Positions 1 to 13,848 are shown, counted from the first letter of the whole stretch. The stretch is 62,787 nt of DNA, filler included, from Sphacelaria rigidula (GCA_964200075.2; 4 parts of 4 records of this genome joined end to end with filler, not necessarily neighbours in it), one strand, 5' to 3'. Translations and numbers: made by a program. Notes: generated by a model not told the origin, from the letters alone.

Positions 1-10
1 TAACAATAAC

Positions 11-73
<63 letters not shown>
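1..73. repeat. (TAA)n microsatellite
   Basis: Directly visible, with two CAA variants at the start. Confidence 0.98.
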
Positions 74-227
74 CGCCGACCGACGCCAACCCCATGGGTT
101 GTCCGCCTCTACAAAGCAGAGACGGAGCACGCCGGGTTTTCGCTGGACCCGGCTACCTCTCAAGGAGGGGGGGAGGGTATCATACCACCATGCTCGCGCG
201 CCCCCTACTGTGATACAAAATCCTACT

Positions 228-683
228 CAAAACAGCCGATCATCGAAATCGAGGATGGAGCTTTTCATTGAGGATGAGAACCCGGAGAATTCAAATGTTC
301 GCATCCATAACAAATCTTCGAAATTTGATTTTTATTCCTTTCCTTCACCTAGTGGTAGCTATTGACAACCACTACAAGCCATACAAATTTGGATTTCGAT
401 GACCAAATTGTTGGGGTCCTAGCTCAAAAATCAATTTCGGGGAATTCCGGCGATCCGATGGAATAATGTAAATTCCCCGAGAATGTTTCCTCACCTAGGA
501 CCCCCCACATGTTGGTCATCAGAATGCAAATTCGTCTGGCGTGTAGTGGTTGTCAATAGCTACCAGTAGGTGAAGCAATAGACCCACCTCTCGATGATTT
601 GGTATGGGTACGAAGATTTAAGTTCTCCGCGTTCTCATCCTCAATGAAAAGCTCCATCCTCACTCTCGATGATCGGCTGTTTG
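228..683. mobile_element. Long foldback/MITE-like palindrome
   Basis: aacagccgatcatcga...gaggatggagcttttcattgaggatgagaac...tagctattgacaaccactaca is mirrored in reverse complement at ~542-683. A further copy of the arm lies at 15572-15623. Confidence 0.85.
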
Positions 684-1442
684 AAACTGATCTCATACTA
701 AGTCCTTTACAACAGGGGGCGGCGTCGAAGGGGGAGGTAGCATATGATCCACGTCCTCCCCTGATACGTAGGTATAGAATGAATACAGATGAAAAAAATG
801 AAAATAAACACAATATAGACGGTAAACACAGAAGAAATGAAGCAAAAAAGAGAGTGCAAACAAAAAAGTATTGAAAATACTTGAAATTAAAGATAGATAA
901 GAAGGTTTTTGGGGGCGACCCATTTTGTCGGAACACTCTCTGCACACGACCACTGTTGTGGGCTCCGTGAGTCCCTTCAGTTATCACCACTTTGCACAAG
1001 CTCAGATATGAGTCATCGATGTTGTTTCATGTAACTTTTGTCCAAGATTGAAGCAGGGGTTGGTTTTGGTTGGAGATCGTGTCCAACCACGAGCGTAGAG
1101 TACAGAGAAGCCAAACGACAGCGGCTTGTAGGTGTTTCCAGCGAGTAGTAGGTATTCAGCAGGTTTGAGGGATATCGTGCAGTGAACACACGATAGGAGA
1201 GGAGAAAGGCAACGAGGAGAGAAAACGTACCCGTGGCGGTTCGATGTAATCGGCTCATACTCGGCGCAATGAATAAAAGGATTCCTCCAAATCAAACATT
1301 CCCGTGTAGCTGTATGTGCTGCGGTTGCTAGAAGGTCAATCGATAGCCTTTACCCACCACTACCTAAAACTGTAAAGGCATCTTGCCGAAAGTCGTACAG
1401 CAAGAATATTCTGCGATCGCGTCTCGAATGTAATAATAAAAG

Positions 1443-1860
1443 ATCCTCTTCGAAAATGAGGCTGGACATTAAAATGAATTTCAAGTCCGAAAGAGTGGTT
1501 TCCCTGACCTCAGATCGTGACAAGTGACTTCAATATGAACGACCTCATGCCCCCCGACCTCCCCGAAACTGTTTTTGGGGATTCCCGTCTCCCTTTCCCC
1601 CGAAGGACGTGCGAGAAGGCAAAAACAAATTGCCTCGATTTGAGGGTGAGAACAGGGTCGCTTTTGGCCCGAAAATGGTGCTTCCGCATATACCCATCGG
1701 GGGAACGGAAGACGGGAAAATCCCCAAATATAGTTTTGGGGAGGTCGGGGGGCATGGGGTTGTCCACATGAAAGTCGTTAATCATAAGTTTAGGTTAGGG
1801 AACTCATTGTTTTGGAGTTGAAACTCATTTTAATGGTCAGTCTCATATTCGAAGATGAAT
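1443..1860. mobile_element. Long imperfect palindrome (MITE-like)
   Basis: Arms tcttcgaaaatgag...catgccccccgacctccccgaaact and agttttggggaggtcggggggcatg...ctcatattcgaaga. This explains the mirror ORFs 1510..1785(-) and 1517..1771(+). Confidence 0.85.
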
Positions 1861-2430
1861 ATGTTAAATCGAGGATGGCCTTCAGGGTTGTACAAATACG
1901 GACATCAGTTTGTGATCCGTTCGAGAGGGAGGATATTTATCGACGATTCGTGAGCTGAGGTGAATGATGTTGAGTCGGAGTTCCACGAGGGCGTGCCTTT
2001 TACATGTATCACACGCATATGTACCCGTATGCCCGTGATCACATGCTCTCTCGACTTCGTTGGCTCTGCCGTAACTTGTACTCCGCCTATTCCCTCTTAC
2101 CCCCCCGTCCGGGGCGGTCGAGAATGAGCAAAACCTGGGGCAGAGGGCATGTCCTTCCTCTTTCTCCGCCAGTGCGATTAAATATCGCCGTGACCACTCA
2201 CGGATCGCCTGTGCGTGAGCAGCTCCAAACGGAGGAATGTGGGTATGTCGTCCCTGTGGTGAGAAGGACTTTGGGCGTCGACAACACTACGACTCACGGT
2301 CGACATTCCGAGCGTCCACTTTCGGATGATGGCGTGTTTCTTTGTTAACTTCATGCCCGAGGTATCACTTGAGCTTGAGTCGGGGTTGAATTACGTGGGG
2401 GCAGTGTCGTGTCACATATCTTCAATTTTA

Positions 2431-2655
2431 TAATGACTTGGTTACATTGTGGTCAACAATGACTTGGTTCCAGTGTGGCTAATACCGACGTGGTTTCGGC
2501 ATAACCAACTGCTTGGCAGTATAGTGAGTAACTACTTGGTTCCTGTGTGTTCGATAACGGCTTGGTTCCAGTGTAGTCAAAGCCCATGTGGTTTCAGTGA
2601 TTTTCAACAGCTGCTTGGTGTCATCATAGTCAACTCTACTTGGTTCCACCGTGGA
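2431..2655. repeat. Degenerate ~26-bp minisatellite
   Basis: About 8-9 units around the core (g/t)acttggttccagtgt. Confidence 0.7.
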
Positions 2656-3745
2656 TCCATTCAGCGATAGACGAGGGGGAGGATGTTTTAGCAGAATCCC
2701 CGCCGTGAAGACTGGTTTTTTTCTCGACCTGTGCGCACATTATACCAACGAACGGTATAACGGTTCACCGGCTCTTTTTGTCGAGATACGAAGGGAGTGT
2801 GATTGCCAAGAGTTTTCATGTTGTGGTAATGGTGCTGACACACCCGTAGATTCTGGGAAGTTTAAAAGATACCTGCAGGGTTTATATTTTTGCATCCGCG
2901 TGACCCCAGCGAATGTGCCAACATGTACCGAGAGATGTACACTGACCCCCAGAATAGATGGGATGTCAACGTACACAAACATTTGCGCAAAAAAACGAAG
3001 GATTGACAGCTCTTCGGACCTTCTACTAGAGTACAAGCACTCCAGACTTTTCCTCCCGCAAGAGGTCGCTGCGCTTGATTTGTCTCGAGTCGCCCAACCC
3101 CGTCGACAAAAAGATGAGAACATTCAGACGCCATCCTCTGTGCTGTGTATTGCTGCACCGAACTCCTCTTGCTTTACCGACTTTGAAAGAATACGAAGTA
3201 GAACCACCGTCCAGCTATTCGACAGCCCTAGGTGGAGGCCTCTCGTATACCTCTACACTGTGGTTCGTTTGATTTCTTCTGGTGCGAAAAATGGATGAGA
3301 ATCAAGACATTTTGTTGTGTCTCTGTTGGCTGAACGTAGAATCAAACGGGCATGGATTCATTGTTATTATTTCCGCACTTCAGTCCGATCTCTCGAACCC
3401 GCAACACCCCCAAACATTTCTCAATTTTCCAGAGTCACAGAAATCGCTGCTACTTCCTCAACACTGACTAAGTGGGTTGCCGTCGAACAGAGCACCCCAT
3501 GCTCGGCCGAATCGCGGCCAAGCGCCCACATTCCCTGAACGTCCAGTGTCCCCAAGCAGGTTGCTATCTACTACGGTAGTATATCTCTGCTTCGGTCAGG
3601 ATGAATAGGCAAACGCTATATATACTACTGCAGCATCGTGTGCTGATCGAAATCCAAGCTCCGTTGCGCACATGCGCAACCACTTTTGACACGCTATCGA
3701 ATGGCGAGGTTTTGCCTCTTCCAGGACGGTGCTCTGGCGTCTCAA

Positions 3746-3843
3746 CCCTTAGACCGCGAGGTTAGTCTTCTGTTGAATCGGCATCAATTTCAAGTGAAAA
3801 AAACTATGCATGATCCAGAAAGACTAATCTCGCGGTCTAGGGG
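3746..3843. mobile_element. ~100-bp piggyBac-like MITE
   Basis: TIR cccttagaccgcgag(g/a)ttagtctt with flanks tcaa/ttta (TTAA-like). Relatives at 13751-13848, ~19933-20029, ~5781-5870 and ~7530-7620. Confidence 0.7.
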
Positions 3844-5893
3844 TTTACATGCGTTCTCATGATCCGATCTCGCATACAGCATAAAAGTATGAGAACACAT
3901 GGCGAATGCGAGATGGTGAAATAATTCTCAAGTAGAACCGAAGGGACGATAGACGGGGATGACGGAAGCGAGTCGAAAAACAGGACGAGAGAGGAAGTGC
4001 TCCGAAGGCGAAACCGGCACGCAGCACCCCAATCTCACGGTTGTGTCATCCCGGCAGGGAGAACAGCTAAAGGTAGAGCGTACTGTCTGATAGTGAAGAG
4101 TTTGGGACTGGGTCCCCGCCTTTTCGAGACAAGAACGATGGGAATGCGCTTGTGATGATGAGAGTGAGGGGGGGGTATGTTTGCGTGAGAACGGGACAAC
4201 AATCCGGTGAGAATGCGAGGTCGAGCTGATCGTCACCCTCATTCTCAATTTTCACGCACCAACATTTTTTCGTGCATTTTAGGCCCGGTCTTCAAAGCGT
4301 ATCTCAGCAAAAGATTTTTCGGTCGTGAAGTGTGGCGGATAACGAAAATTCCGATCTGGTAGGTCGTGGTGTCGGTACAATAAATCTCGATAGTTGAAAT
4401 CACGACCTACGAGATCGGAGTTCCCTTTCCCACCGCATATTATCGATCGAAGAAAAGTGTGTGAAGGCACGTCTTTATCGTCCAGGTCGTATAATAAGAA
4501 GTTGCCAATGGACGAGATGCCCTGGAAAATAATTTCGTGCCATTGATAGTCTAACGTCGATTGAGTGATTTTATTACTCGCCTTAACTCGACAACCTTGT
4601 CATCCATGTGTGTGTGCGTTTTTCGTTTTTTACCTGCTACACTGTCATGTGATTACAGCTATACGTCGATATCCTACTCAGGGATACTATAAAGGCTTCA
4701 GTGGCCAGCTACTACAGGAAGCGCATCGACGTACAAGGCCCGGAGATCATTTCCGAATTGAAACTCCTACATTCATTCATTGACCACTTCTCACCCTCGA
4801 TCGTATCCTAGACTCAATCCAACGAAAATATTGTTCCCGGTGGTTCAGTTGGTAGTCTCGAAACCTTCTGACGGTGAGGACGTAGGTTTCAAATCTCGGT
4901 GAAGTCTCACCATCTGACATTTTTTTCACATGATGCCCAACAGCGAAAAGCGACCATCATGTCGTGGGTACACAAAGTTCGCTATCACGGTCGAAGACGG
5001 AAAGGGACCACTGAACCCACATCTATTATCGCCATCTAATAGATGGCCATCCTAACATTAGTGACTTGGACATGAAAGACGATTTATCAGACTGGGCTTC
5101 TTTCCCCCCGCACTGTTTCGATCACGACCTAAGGCCACTTGTGACGTGTAACAACAAAAAAATATCGAAAAGTGCCTTTTTGGCCCTTCTCCGTCGTTGT
5201 TTTGCCCGAGAAGAGGGCGAGGCGGATGTTGACGCCGTGCAATGACTTGCTCTACTCGTTGACACCGTTCCAGGGCAGCACCTTCGCGTTTTCCGTCGGT
5301 CGCAGCTTGGTTTTTGGTCAAATTTGCATTTTCAAGAACGAACGGTCGAATTATCAAAAACCCAACTGCTTTTGCATGTCTTCTGAAAAGCTGGAGCCAA
5401 GAAGTCAATTTTAAAAAATAACATTTTCCTGATAAATATCAGAAGTAGCCAAAAAGGCCGTGACTTTCAGCAAATCCTTTTCGATCGAAAAACGAAAAAA
5501 AAAAATTGAAATCACGACCTATTGGATCAGAATTCTTGTTTTACACCGCACTTCCTCGATCGAAAATTCAGTCGCTAACAAGCGGCCTAGAAAGACAAAC
5601 CCTCACGAAAATGATTACTTCAAAATCAAGTTTCGTGACAAAGAAGGAACAATCCCATGAGTTCGTGAGAACGGAGGAAAAATCTTCTAGGATCGAAAAT
5701 GCAACGTAAAACAATTGACACGATGTTCGCAATTTTTCCCTTGATATCACAGTGAGTTCTCATATATCCCCCACCATTCAACCTTAGAGTGCGAGGGTAA
5801 TCCATCTGGATCGTGAATACTTTTTTCAGTCGCAGTGAAGTTGAAGCCGATTCAATAAGAGCTGGGCCAGCAGTGAATCCCGCATTCGCTTTC

Positions 5894-6149
5894 GAGCATT
5901 GCTACAGTAGGGGTGCACTTTTTGCGCAAAATCGTGTCTGGTTCAGGGGCTCCTATCGATTCTACATGCGCAAGAATATGGGTGAGGGCATCCGTGTTCG
6001 CAAATTCACTCGGGGATACCCCTAGTACATTAGAATAATAATCCTGGCGTACTCTTTCTTACTTATTTCACAAGTCGTGTTTGGGATGAGATGAAGGGCT
6101 CCTAAGAACTCTGACCTGACAATATGTGTGCACCTCTACCGTAGCATCA
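5894..6149. mobile_element. GAGCA-TIR Harbinger-type MITE
   Basis: gagcattgctacagtaggggtgcac ... gtgcacctctaccgtagcatcac. The same left end recurs at 31278-31346 and 30670. Confidence 0.65.
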
Positions 6150-7070
6150 CCCTTTCCACACCACAAGTTCTCAAGTTTTCCGAATCAGCACGACTTGAGC
6201 ATATCGCTGAGAAGTGCAGACAAACCTGATAACACACGGCCCCGCCGCTCAATGAAGAACAAGTGAAGAAAAAAGAAAGTCCTGCATAATATATTACTTT
6301 AACGACGTACAAAAACGAGTATCTGTCGGGATTCGAACTCATGACCTCCATAATTGGCGTCTCCTGGATCACTTGAGTAGAAGGGGCGCGGCCGTGTCAC
6401 ACGAAAAGTGCGCTGATATCGCGCCCGACTTGAGGTATTTTCGACCGAAACTTGACCAGAATGTCGTTGATGCGAGTGCCCGGGTGTGTTGGAGCGTTGT
6501 CGTCGTTTTGATCAATTTTTAAGGAAGTGACAGCATTTTTCCTGTTTTTGCTGAAAGCTCAACTCGCTCTAACCCCCCCCCCCCCCCCTTTCCCCCGGCC
6601 CCCCCCCACGCGCTGCGCGGCGGTCCGTGAAAACGGCGTGGCGACGCATTTTCCCCCGCCCCGTCNNNNNNNNNNAACCTCACCTCGCTCTACCCCCCCC
6701 CCCCCCCCTTTGTCCACTGCATCCCCAAAAGCGTTGCGCGGGTTGATGATAAAAACGTCGTGTCAAATTTTCAGCGCCCACCTACTGCCAATGGCATCTC
6801 CACTCTTCGTTCAAAAATCATAATCAGCTGCCCAGCTCGCAGAAGACCTACACTTGCCGCCAAGACTTTACAACAAAAATAGGGTTAGGGTTACTGTTAT
6901 CTCCAAACCTTTTTTTTTACACACAGGCGGTCACTCAGCTACCCCCAAAAATACTCTGTTTCGGTCAACTCTTCGAGCCTCCAGAGGAATTCAACGCCTC
7001 CAGAGGCTTGTTTTGCCTCTGGAGAGCCGCGCATTCCTCCGGAGGACGAGGACTCCTCATTTGGAGGATG

Positions 7071-7291
7071 CGCGGCCTGTAATGCGTGAGAGGACCGCGT
7101 GCTTAGAGGACCGCGCGGTAGTTCAAAACACCGAAGGATCGATGTTTTTCAAAACCAATCAGGCCTGCCCCTGCAGGTACCACGCCCCTGACCATAACCC
7201 CAACACTAACCCTAACCCTAACCCTAACCATGGGGATGTTCAATCTCCGATGCGGTCCTCTAAGCACGCGGTCCTCTCACGCATTACACGG
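7071..7291. mobile_element. Non-autonomous element with ~37-bp subterminal inverted repeats and internal (CCCTAA)n
   Basis: Perfect IR tgtaatgcgtgagaggaccgcgtgcttagaggaccgc (7078-7114 and 7252-7288), telomere-like array at 7206-7229, termini CGCGG/CACGG. Confidence 0.8.
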
Positions 7292-8332
7292 CCCTCCAGA
7301 GCACACCATCTTCTTTGTTACTCTCGAGGGATTTAGACCTCAGAATTCACTGGAGCATCAGATGCCCCCCAGAGGATTCGTTCATGATCGCACGTGGGGA
7401 TGAAATACCCTCCAGGGGGGATTTTACCCAGAAGAGGATAAAAATTGCGATAAAGGATTTCTAACGGGGTAGCCGAATGGCCACGTGTGTAGTCATTTTA
7501 CCAAAAGGTAGTATGCCCTTGAGGTTAATTTCGACTGCGAGCACAGGTCATCTGTTGAATCAGCATCCAATTCCCTAAAAACATACTATATGATCAGATC
7601 GCCTACCATCGCGGTCAAAGAGGGCCCATCACACGTTCACTGGGTATGATCTTGACGAAAATCTCACACGTCAACGACGTTTTCGTGAAATTGAGAGTTG
7701 AAGGTACGATTTAGAGTGAAAATCGGTCAATTAGTGAATAAGCCGTTTCAGTTCCGAAATGCACCTCCACAAGGCCCAATATTCTCGCTGTAGTACCTTG
7801 CCACTAAGATCCTCGATACCCCTGAGCAGGATGTCAACGTGTAGCTGAAGGCACATGGCCGTGATGAGACGACGAAAAGCATACACGAAAGGAGAAATTG
7901 GCCAAGTTAAAGCGAATGATGAAAGCTACTCTCAATCCACACCCAACTCTCAATCTTATGAAAACCTTGTTACGTATGATAAACACTCAGGGCCTGCTAC
8001 TAGAGACAAGAAAGCTGAAGACGCGCCGAGTGAGTGATGCATTCCGGCGTTTTTTGTGATTCCTTGTTTTTGCCCTTCAATTGATTGTTCACCTTTAACC
8101 AATCGGTAAGGCCGTGTCTTAGGTCATGTCTTAGACCGTGTCTTGGCACATCATTATTCGATCGAAAAAGTGCGGCGGGACACGAAAATCCCCATATGAT
8201 AGATGTGATTTCAACCATCTTCAAAATAAACGACGATGGTTGAAATTACGATCAATCATATCGGATTTTTCCTTTTCCATCCATCGCACATTTTCGATCG
8301 AAAAATGATAGTGCTAAAACACAGCATCATGA

Positions 8333-8527
8333 GGCCGTCTCTCATCAGATTGTTTTCGACTCGAAAGCGAATACGGGTGAAATCGAATTTGCTCGTACCT
8401 GATACACGTCCACGGCATTCATGTTCACAACCATCTGAGAAAATAAGTAGCGTGGATGAACCAGAAACGAGAAAATTCGATTCGACCGCACGTTTTCAAC
8501 ACGAAAATAGCTTAAAGAGACACAGCC
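8333..8527. mobile_element. Tourist-like MITE, same family (older copy)
   Basis: Homologous internal sequence, flanks tga/tca. Next to a related palindromic MITE at ~8135-8327; other relatives at ~4282-4475 and ~5456-5587. Confidence 0.75.
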
Positions 8528-9850
8528 TCAATTAAAGTTTTTCCGTATGCGGTCGAATCGAATTGGTCGCTACGAGGCCGTACTAGATACGTCCATAGCA
8601 TTTATGTTCTCAGATGACTCCGGGTACATTTTTTGATTATTTGCGCGCGACGGGTAGGGTCAAACACAGAAAATCTTAGCTTTTTCGAGCGAAACGAGGG
8701 GCGGAAATGAACGAAGGGAACCATGCCTCCTACGTCGCAGACAACCATGCCCGATACCACCCGTTCACAGAACTATGCAAAATCGAGATGGTTCATTCGC
8801 AGCTACCAACTCAACTCTGCGGCATGAATCACGAGCTGGGCACAGGGATGCGTACAACGCGCAGTGAGAGGGAACGGACACCACAACCCTCTTGGCATGA
8901 CATATTCATTTCTGGTTGGCCAAAACTTGGGCACCTGCTGTCATTTCGTGGTAGGGTCCACTGACGGAGTTGATGTTGGGGTGGGCGATCGAACTGCGAA
9001 CAGGCTCATGCACAGTAGAAACAGTGCAAAACGGTACACTATTGAAATCTTCCGTCTGCACATCCTCCTGTATTCTGCAGAGTAGATAGCTCTGCTGCCT
9101 GTGTGTCACTTTGCCCGCTTCTTTTTTACATCGCACCTGCATGCTGTGCGAAACGCACCACGATGTGAACAGGCAGCATGTACTGTGCTCGTTCTGTACT
9201 GCCGTCTGCATTGAGTACAAGTAAGGAAGTACCGCTTCACTAATCTCGTTGAGCCTTTTCGATCCAGAGCGTGCACAGCAAAACAAATCGACATTCGCTC
9301 GGACCCAAACACAGCAAAACAAACTGAATCACAAACTCGTTCGAGTAAAAAAAAAATGTCACGGCCGAAGATGGAGGGAAATAACCACTTAAACCACCAC
9401 TCTCACCCTCACTCTCACGGCGCGTGCTCACTTTTCTTGTCTCACGGCCTCACGTTCCGTTTCACATGCTTATTCTTCCCCAGGCTCGTTCTCACTCTCA
9501 AACGAGTCTTCTCGACGAATCCATCCTTCAAAATGCGGAGGAACAATCCTATGAGAAGGCGAAAGGGAAACGTACATGGTTACCACCTGTAGGCTTTCCG
9601 CCACTTTGTTGGCAAAATGCCACTCTCGTTTGTCATCTCGGAATACGAGGCCCTCGATGGCAGGAAAGCCGGGACCAGCGTCGGGGAAGGCGTCTTGAGT
9701 CGAGATATCTCAAACTCGAGATTACCGGTGTGTTTCAGAGTAATTTTCATTTAAATATATCGGGAATCTCGAGTTTGATGTACCTCTGGTAATATAATGT
9801 TTTCGATAGAGGGGTTTAACCATTGCACCAAGTAGTCAGACTACTTCTTA

Positions 9851-10037
9851 GGCCCTGTCGTATCAAATTGTTTTCGACTCGAAAACGTACGGTGGAATCG
9901 AATTCGCTCGTTTCTGATTCGTCCACGCTGCTCATTTTCTCAGATGGTTGAGAACATGGATGCCGTGGTATCAGGTGCGAGCAAATTTGATTCCACCGTA
10001 TGTTTTCGAGTCGAAAACAATTTGATAAGACATGGCC
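9851..10037. mobile_element. Tourist-like (PIF/Harbinger) MITE
   Basis: tta|GGCCctgtcgtatcaaattgttttcgactcgaaaac...gttttcgagtcgaaaacaatttgataagacatGGCC|tta: ~60-bp TIRs and a 3-bp TTA TSD. Confidence 0.88.
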
Positions 10038-10499
10038 TTAGTCTGGTGATGGAATACGTACCGCCAGGGAGCAATCAAGTCCAGAGTACCACTCTCGACG
10101 CAACCACGCTTTCCCATAAGTCGAAAATAATCGAGGAAAGATCTTTCCCCGTTGTCTGACGAACATATGGACGTATGATACCAGGATTTCGTGCTGAGCC
10201 TCGTAGGTACGCCCCCGACACCGTGAGCCATGTCAAGGTTTATTTAGATGTGATTCTTGGAAGTAAAACCATGGATTTTCAGCAACGCGTTCGTTGAGCC
10301 ACGTAGGTCTTGCAGGGATGCTGCGGTGTACGAAACCACGTACTGGAACACGGTTCACGGGGCCATGTAATGGAATGTGTTTCTGCCCACATGCAATATG
10401 TACAGAGCTGGACTACAGTGACATATTATACTGACACAAAGAGATGGTGCAACACAGGACAGTGCCATCATAAATTGCGCTGTAGCGCACATCGCATTG

Positions 10500-10830
10500 C
10501 AGTATAACCATGCCATGTGCAAAGCAGTACGGTACAGCGTGGCCTAGCAAAGCATAGCACAGCAGCACGGATACACTACGCTGGGCTAGGCTAGGCTAGG
10601 CTACACTAGACTAGACTACAATACACACTACAGCACATCACGGCACAGTTCCGCACAAACCAGCACGACAGCGTACTGTATGCTCTCACAATACACTACT
10701 GTACGCGACACTACACTACACTCACGGGCCCACTACACTCACCACAACAGAACAGGCTCAACGCAGAGCAGCGCAGTATAACACAGAACATTACTGTGAT
10801 ACCGTACCGTACCGTGAAGGGTACCGCACT
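10500..10830. repeat. Degenerate pentanucleotide satellite (CACAG/CTACA/CTAGG)
   Basis: 5-nt periodic low-complexity tract. Confidence 0.75.
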
Positions 10831-11258
10831 GCGCACACGATGGTTTCAGAATTTTTGGCGATGTGACGTGTATCGCAACTATCACACAGCCACCGGAAGA
10901 TGGTACTCAAAATACTTCTGGTATCGATTTTGGTCACGGATCGGTGGACACTCTTCTGACATGATCATTGTACGCTGTGTTTCCTGGCACATTTTCTTAC
11001 GATGATAGTAGTCTCAATAGCTCACCTGCTCTCCCGGCTGCATGCCCACCACGATAAGGTCTGACGCGCAATCCGCCATAACAGTGAGGTTGAGCAGCCT
11101 TTCGTATACGCACCCTTATCCTTCACGAGCTCGGATCTGCGAAAAGTATATGAAGCAGATGAGGACACCGCAACACCAGCGCCAATCGGTCTTCACCACT
11201 ACTAATAATGTGCAAACCACGCGCAGCTAATCGCACCGCCCTTGCGATATGGTCTTGC

Positions 11259-11449
11259 CATGGTTGTAATGCGTAGGAGGAGTGCGTGCTTGGGGGACCG
11301 CATCGGAATTTAAACATCTCTATGCTTAGGGGTAGTGGTGGGGTTCGGGTTAGTGCTGGGGTTGGGGTTTTGAAAAACGTCAATCCTGGGGTGTTTTGAA
11401 CCACGATGCGGTTCCCTAAGCACGCGGTCCTCCCACGCATTATGCATGG
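11259..11449. mobile_element. Second, inverted copy of the telomere-repeat-bearing element
   Basis: Same inverted repeats, degenerate (TTAGGG)-like core, bounded by direct repeats CATGG...CATGG. Confidence 0.78.
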
Positions 11450-12466
11450 TAATTATACGGAAATCACATCCACCCAGTCGAACCAGACCCTGAAGCCTAA
11501 CTCCCTCAGCCCGACTCTGCGCACGTACCCGCGAGGTACCCCATGAGCGTGGACTGGCAGGTTCAGCTTATATATAGTACACAACAGAAGCCCGGGTCGG
11601 GAGAGAGACTTCAAGATTTCACTCTTCATGGTTGTAATGAACGTTCAAACCTTCAACATTTTCCATCCAGTAGAACAGCGTAATTTGGAGCTGAAAAGGT
11701 GCGCTGGCTATCGTTTTGTGTGTAGCGGCAGCCTTTATGCCGGCGCACTTTATTCTTCCTCTATCACGGGCAAACTTAGTCAACATCCATTTTTACTTTT
11801 CATCGTCACGGTGGTGAGTCTCCTGTTTGATCCACCGGGATCATTTTTTACTTTAAAGTAACACAGAGATGACCCACCTGACATGAGAGGGTTAATTGAA
11901 CTGACGCCGATGCGTGGGGAGTACCGCGACACCCACCGAAGAGCACGAAAACTTTGGTGGTGTGGTGAAGCATGAGACTCCTATACGCAGACACTGTGTG
12001 CGAGTGTGTATGCACCACGAAAGGAATTGCGCGCGATGGGGAGTGATGCCGGCGACGTGTGGTATTCGAACGGATGGAATGTGATTGTTGTTGCGAGTTC
12101 GCAACCAAACGGTAGGGGGCGGCTGTACCCCAACAGCAGGAACCAAACTGAAACTTCCACCCAAAGCAGACCGAGAGCCCACTAGGGAAGCGGCAAAATG
12201 AACGCCTCACGCAAAGGATGCATTGCTGTCGCTGAAAAGACCGCGTGCTCAAATCGTCGATGAGGCGATGACCGGAGACGAGAAGTGTGCTGCGGGCGCT
12301 CGGCGCTGTGGAAATTTCAAAGATCGGAGTGCGACGATGATGATTCCAAAACTGAGTGTACGATCGAACAAAGGTCGCCCCGCTGGTGGCCTCGAATACT
12401 GCGACAGCTAGATCATGACTTCCTCAGTGAAGCCATACGAACTGTGTTTTTCTCGCAGGGTGATGG

Positions 12467-12467
<1 letters not shown>

Positions 12468-12532
<65 letters not shown>
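12468..12532. repeat. (GT)n microsatellite
   Basis: About 32 perfect units. Confidence 0.98.
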
Positions 12533-12533
<1 letters not shown>

Positions 12534-13750
12534 CATCATGCCATCTCTTCTTGACGCCGGTCTACACCTTCCGGTATATGTAGGCGCACCAGCCGGGGTC
12601 ACACAGAATGAAGGCCAACACAGTTTTTTCTTCGTTCGCCAACTTCCTTCTGCGGTGCTTGCCTGTATTTATTTCATCGCGAGAGGGGTTCAGCAGTCCC
12701 TTTCCCTCGTCATGGTCGCTCTCCACTGGTATGGCTAGGAGTGGATATCACGTGTTTCGTGAATTTGAGCAATTCAACAGTCGGCGGGGGCAAGGGACGG
12801 CTGAATCTTTTCTGGCGATAAAAGGAGGGACGATCACCGAGAGGGAAGATGGAAAGGGGAAAAACTGGGGAAACACAAGCTCCTCCTGTGCGACCCACCT
12901 TTCTGTTTGTCCCCGACTGATGCACCGGCATATACCAGCAGGTATATAGGATGAAACACGCGTGCGCACACAGTCACGCCCAAGCTGCGCCCAAGTGACT
13001 TATGGCCAAGACCCATTGACTGCCCAGGAATAATGTCTCAAATCGGCATAGTTCCCACATGAAAAAGGATTTTAAGACCCAGGACCAGGTGGTGCTGGGG
13101 GATATACCGCGCGACTGCAAACATGACATGCGGGCTTCAAGTTTATTCTTCCAACTGAAAGCTTTTACGGTGATTGCGTGAGAGCAGCAGCAACAAAAGC
13201 AAGGAGCGGGCGCATGGCATTTCGTATGCACGAGAGATCCCGGTCGGGATACGATTAGAGTATAGATTATAAGATGGCAATGATCCTGTTCCGCCCGCTA
13301 AAAACGTGCATATTTCTGGTGTAATGCCACTGCTTGCTCGCTCGTCACGAATGCCCAATCCCCGTTTCGAAACTGGCCCGTCGAATTCAGAGATGACCGA
13401 CCCCTAGGGCCGACAGCTATTGTGGTGAGAGCCAGATGGTACACCCGTGAGGCTAGCAGTAAAACATCTTCAACGACGAAGGACGTGAAAACTTCACTTT
13501 AGCACGAGCAGTAATAATAGTACACAAACCTCAACACTGAATCGTGCATGGACGCGTGCGGGATTCATTCCGGGATTCATTCCAAGCGGACTACGTCGCG
13601 GCCAAACAATCACCTTTTACCGTGAAGGCGTTAGAATCTTTACTGCTGGAGCGAAATGATACAAAAATCAACTTGCTTGCGTGGACACAGGACCACCGGA
13701 AACCGCATCAGGAACAAAACCTAAATGATGTGCCGTGGGAAGACCATCAA

Positions 13751-13848
13751 CCCTCAGACCGCGAGATTAGTCTTTCTGGATCATGCATACTTTTTTTCAC
13801 TTGAAATTGATGCCGATTCAACAGAACACTAACCTCGCGGTCTAAGGG
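13751..13848. mobile_element. ~100-bp piggyBac-like MITE (inverted copy of 3746-3843)
   Basis: tcaa|CCCT...AGGG|ttaa; near-identical reverse complement of the 3746 copy. Confidence 0.78.

Noticed and set aside
99-999. Paired ORFs sharing RMELFIEDEN on opposite strands
   Set aside because: Produced by the two arms of the 228-683 palindrome, not by genes.
2431-2655. ~26-bp repeats as a CRISPR-like array
   Set aside because: Simple degenerate minisatellite with no repeat-spacer alternation.
2651-3298. 215-aa ORF, the longest in the track
   Set aside because: GTG start, no recognisable motif and no clear splice structure; consistent with a chance ORF or unrecognisable decay.
4838-4927. Functional tRNA gene
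   Set aside because: A/B-box-like motifs only; stems do not close, and diverged copies elsewhere indicate a SINE.
7206-7229. True telomere
   Set aside because: Only ~4 units, internal to an inverted-repeat element.
12285-12738. CVCVCV / THTHTH ORFs
   Set aside because: Translations of the (GT)n microsatellite.
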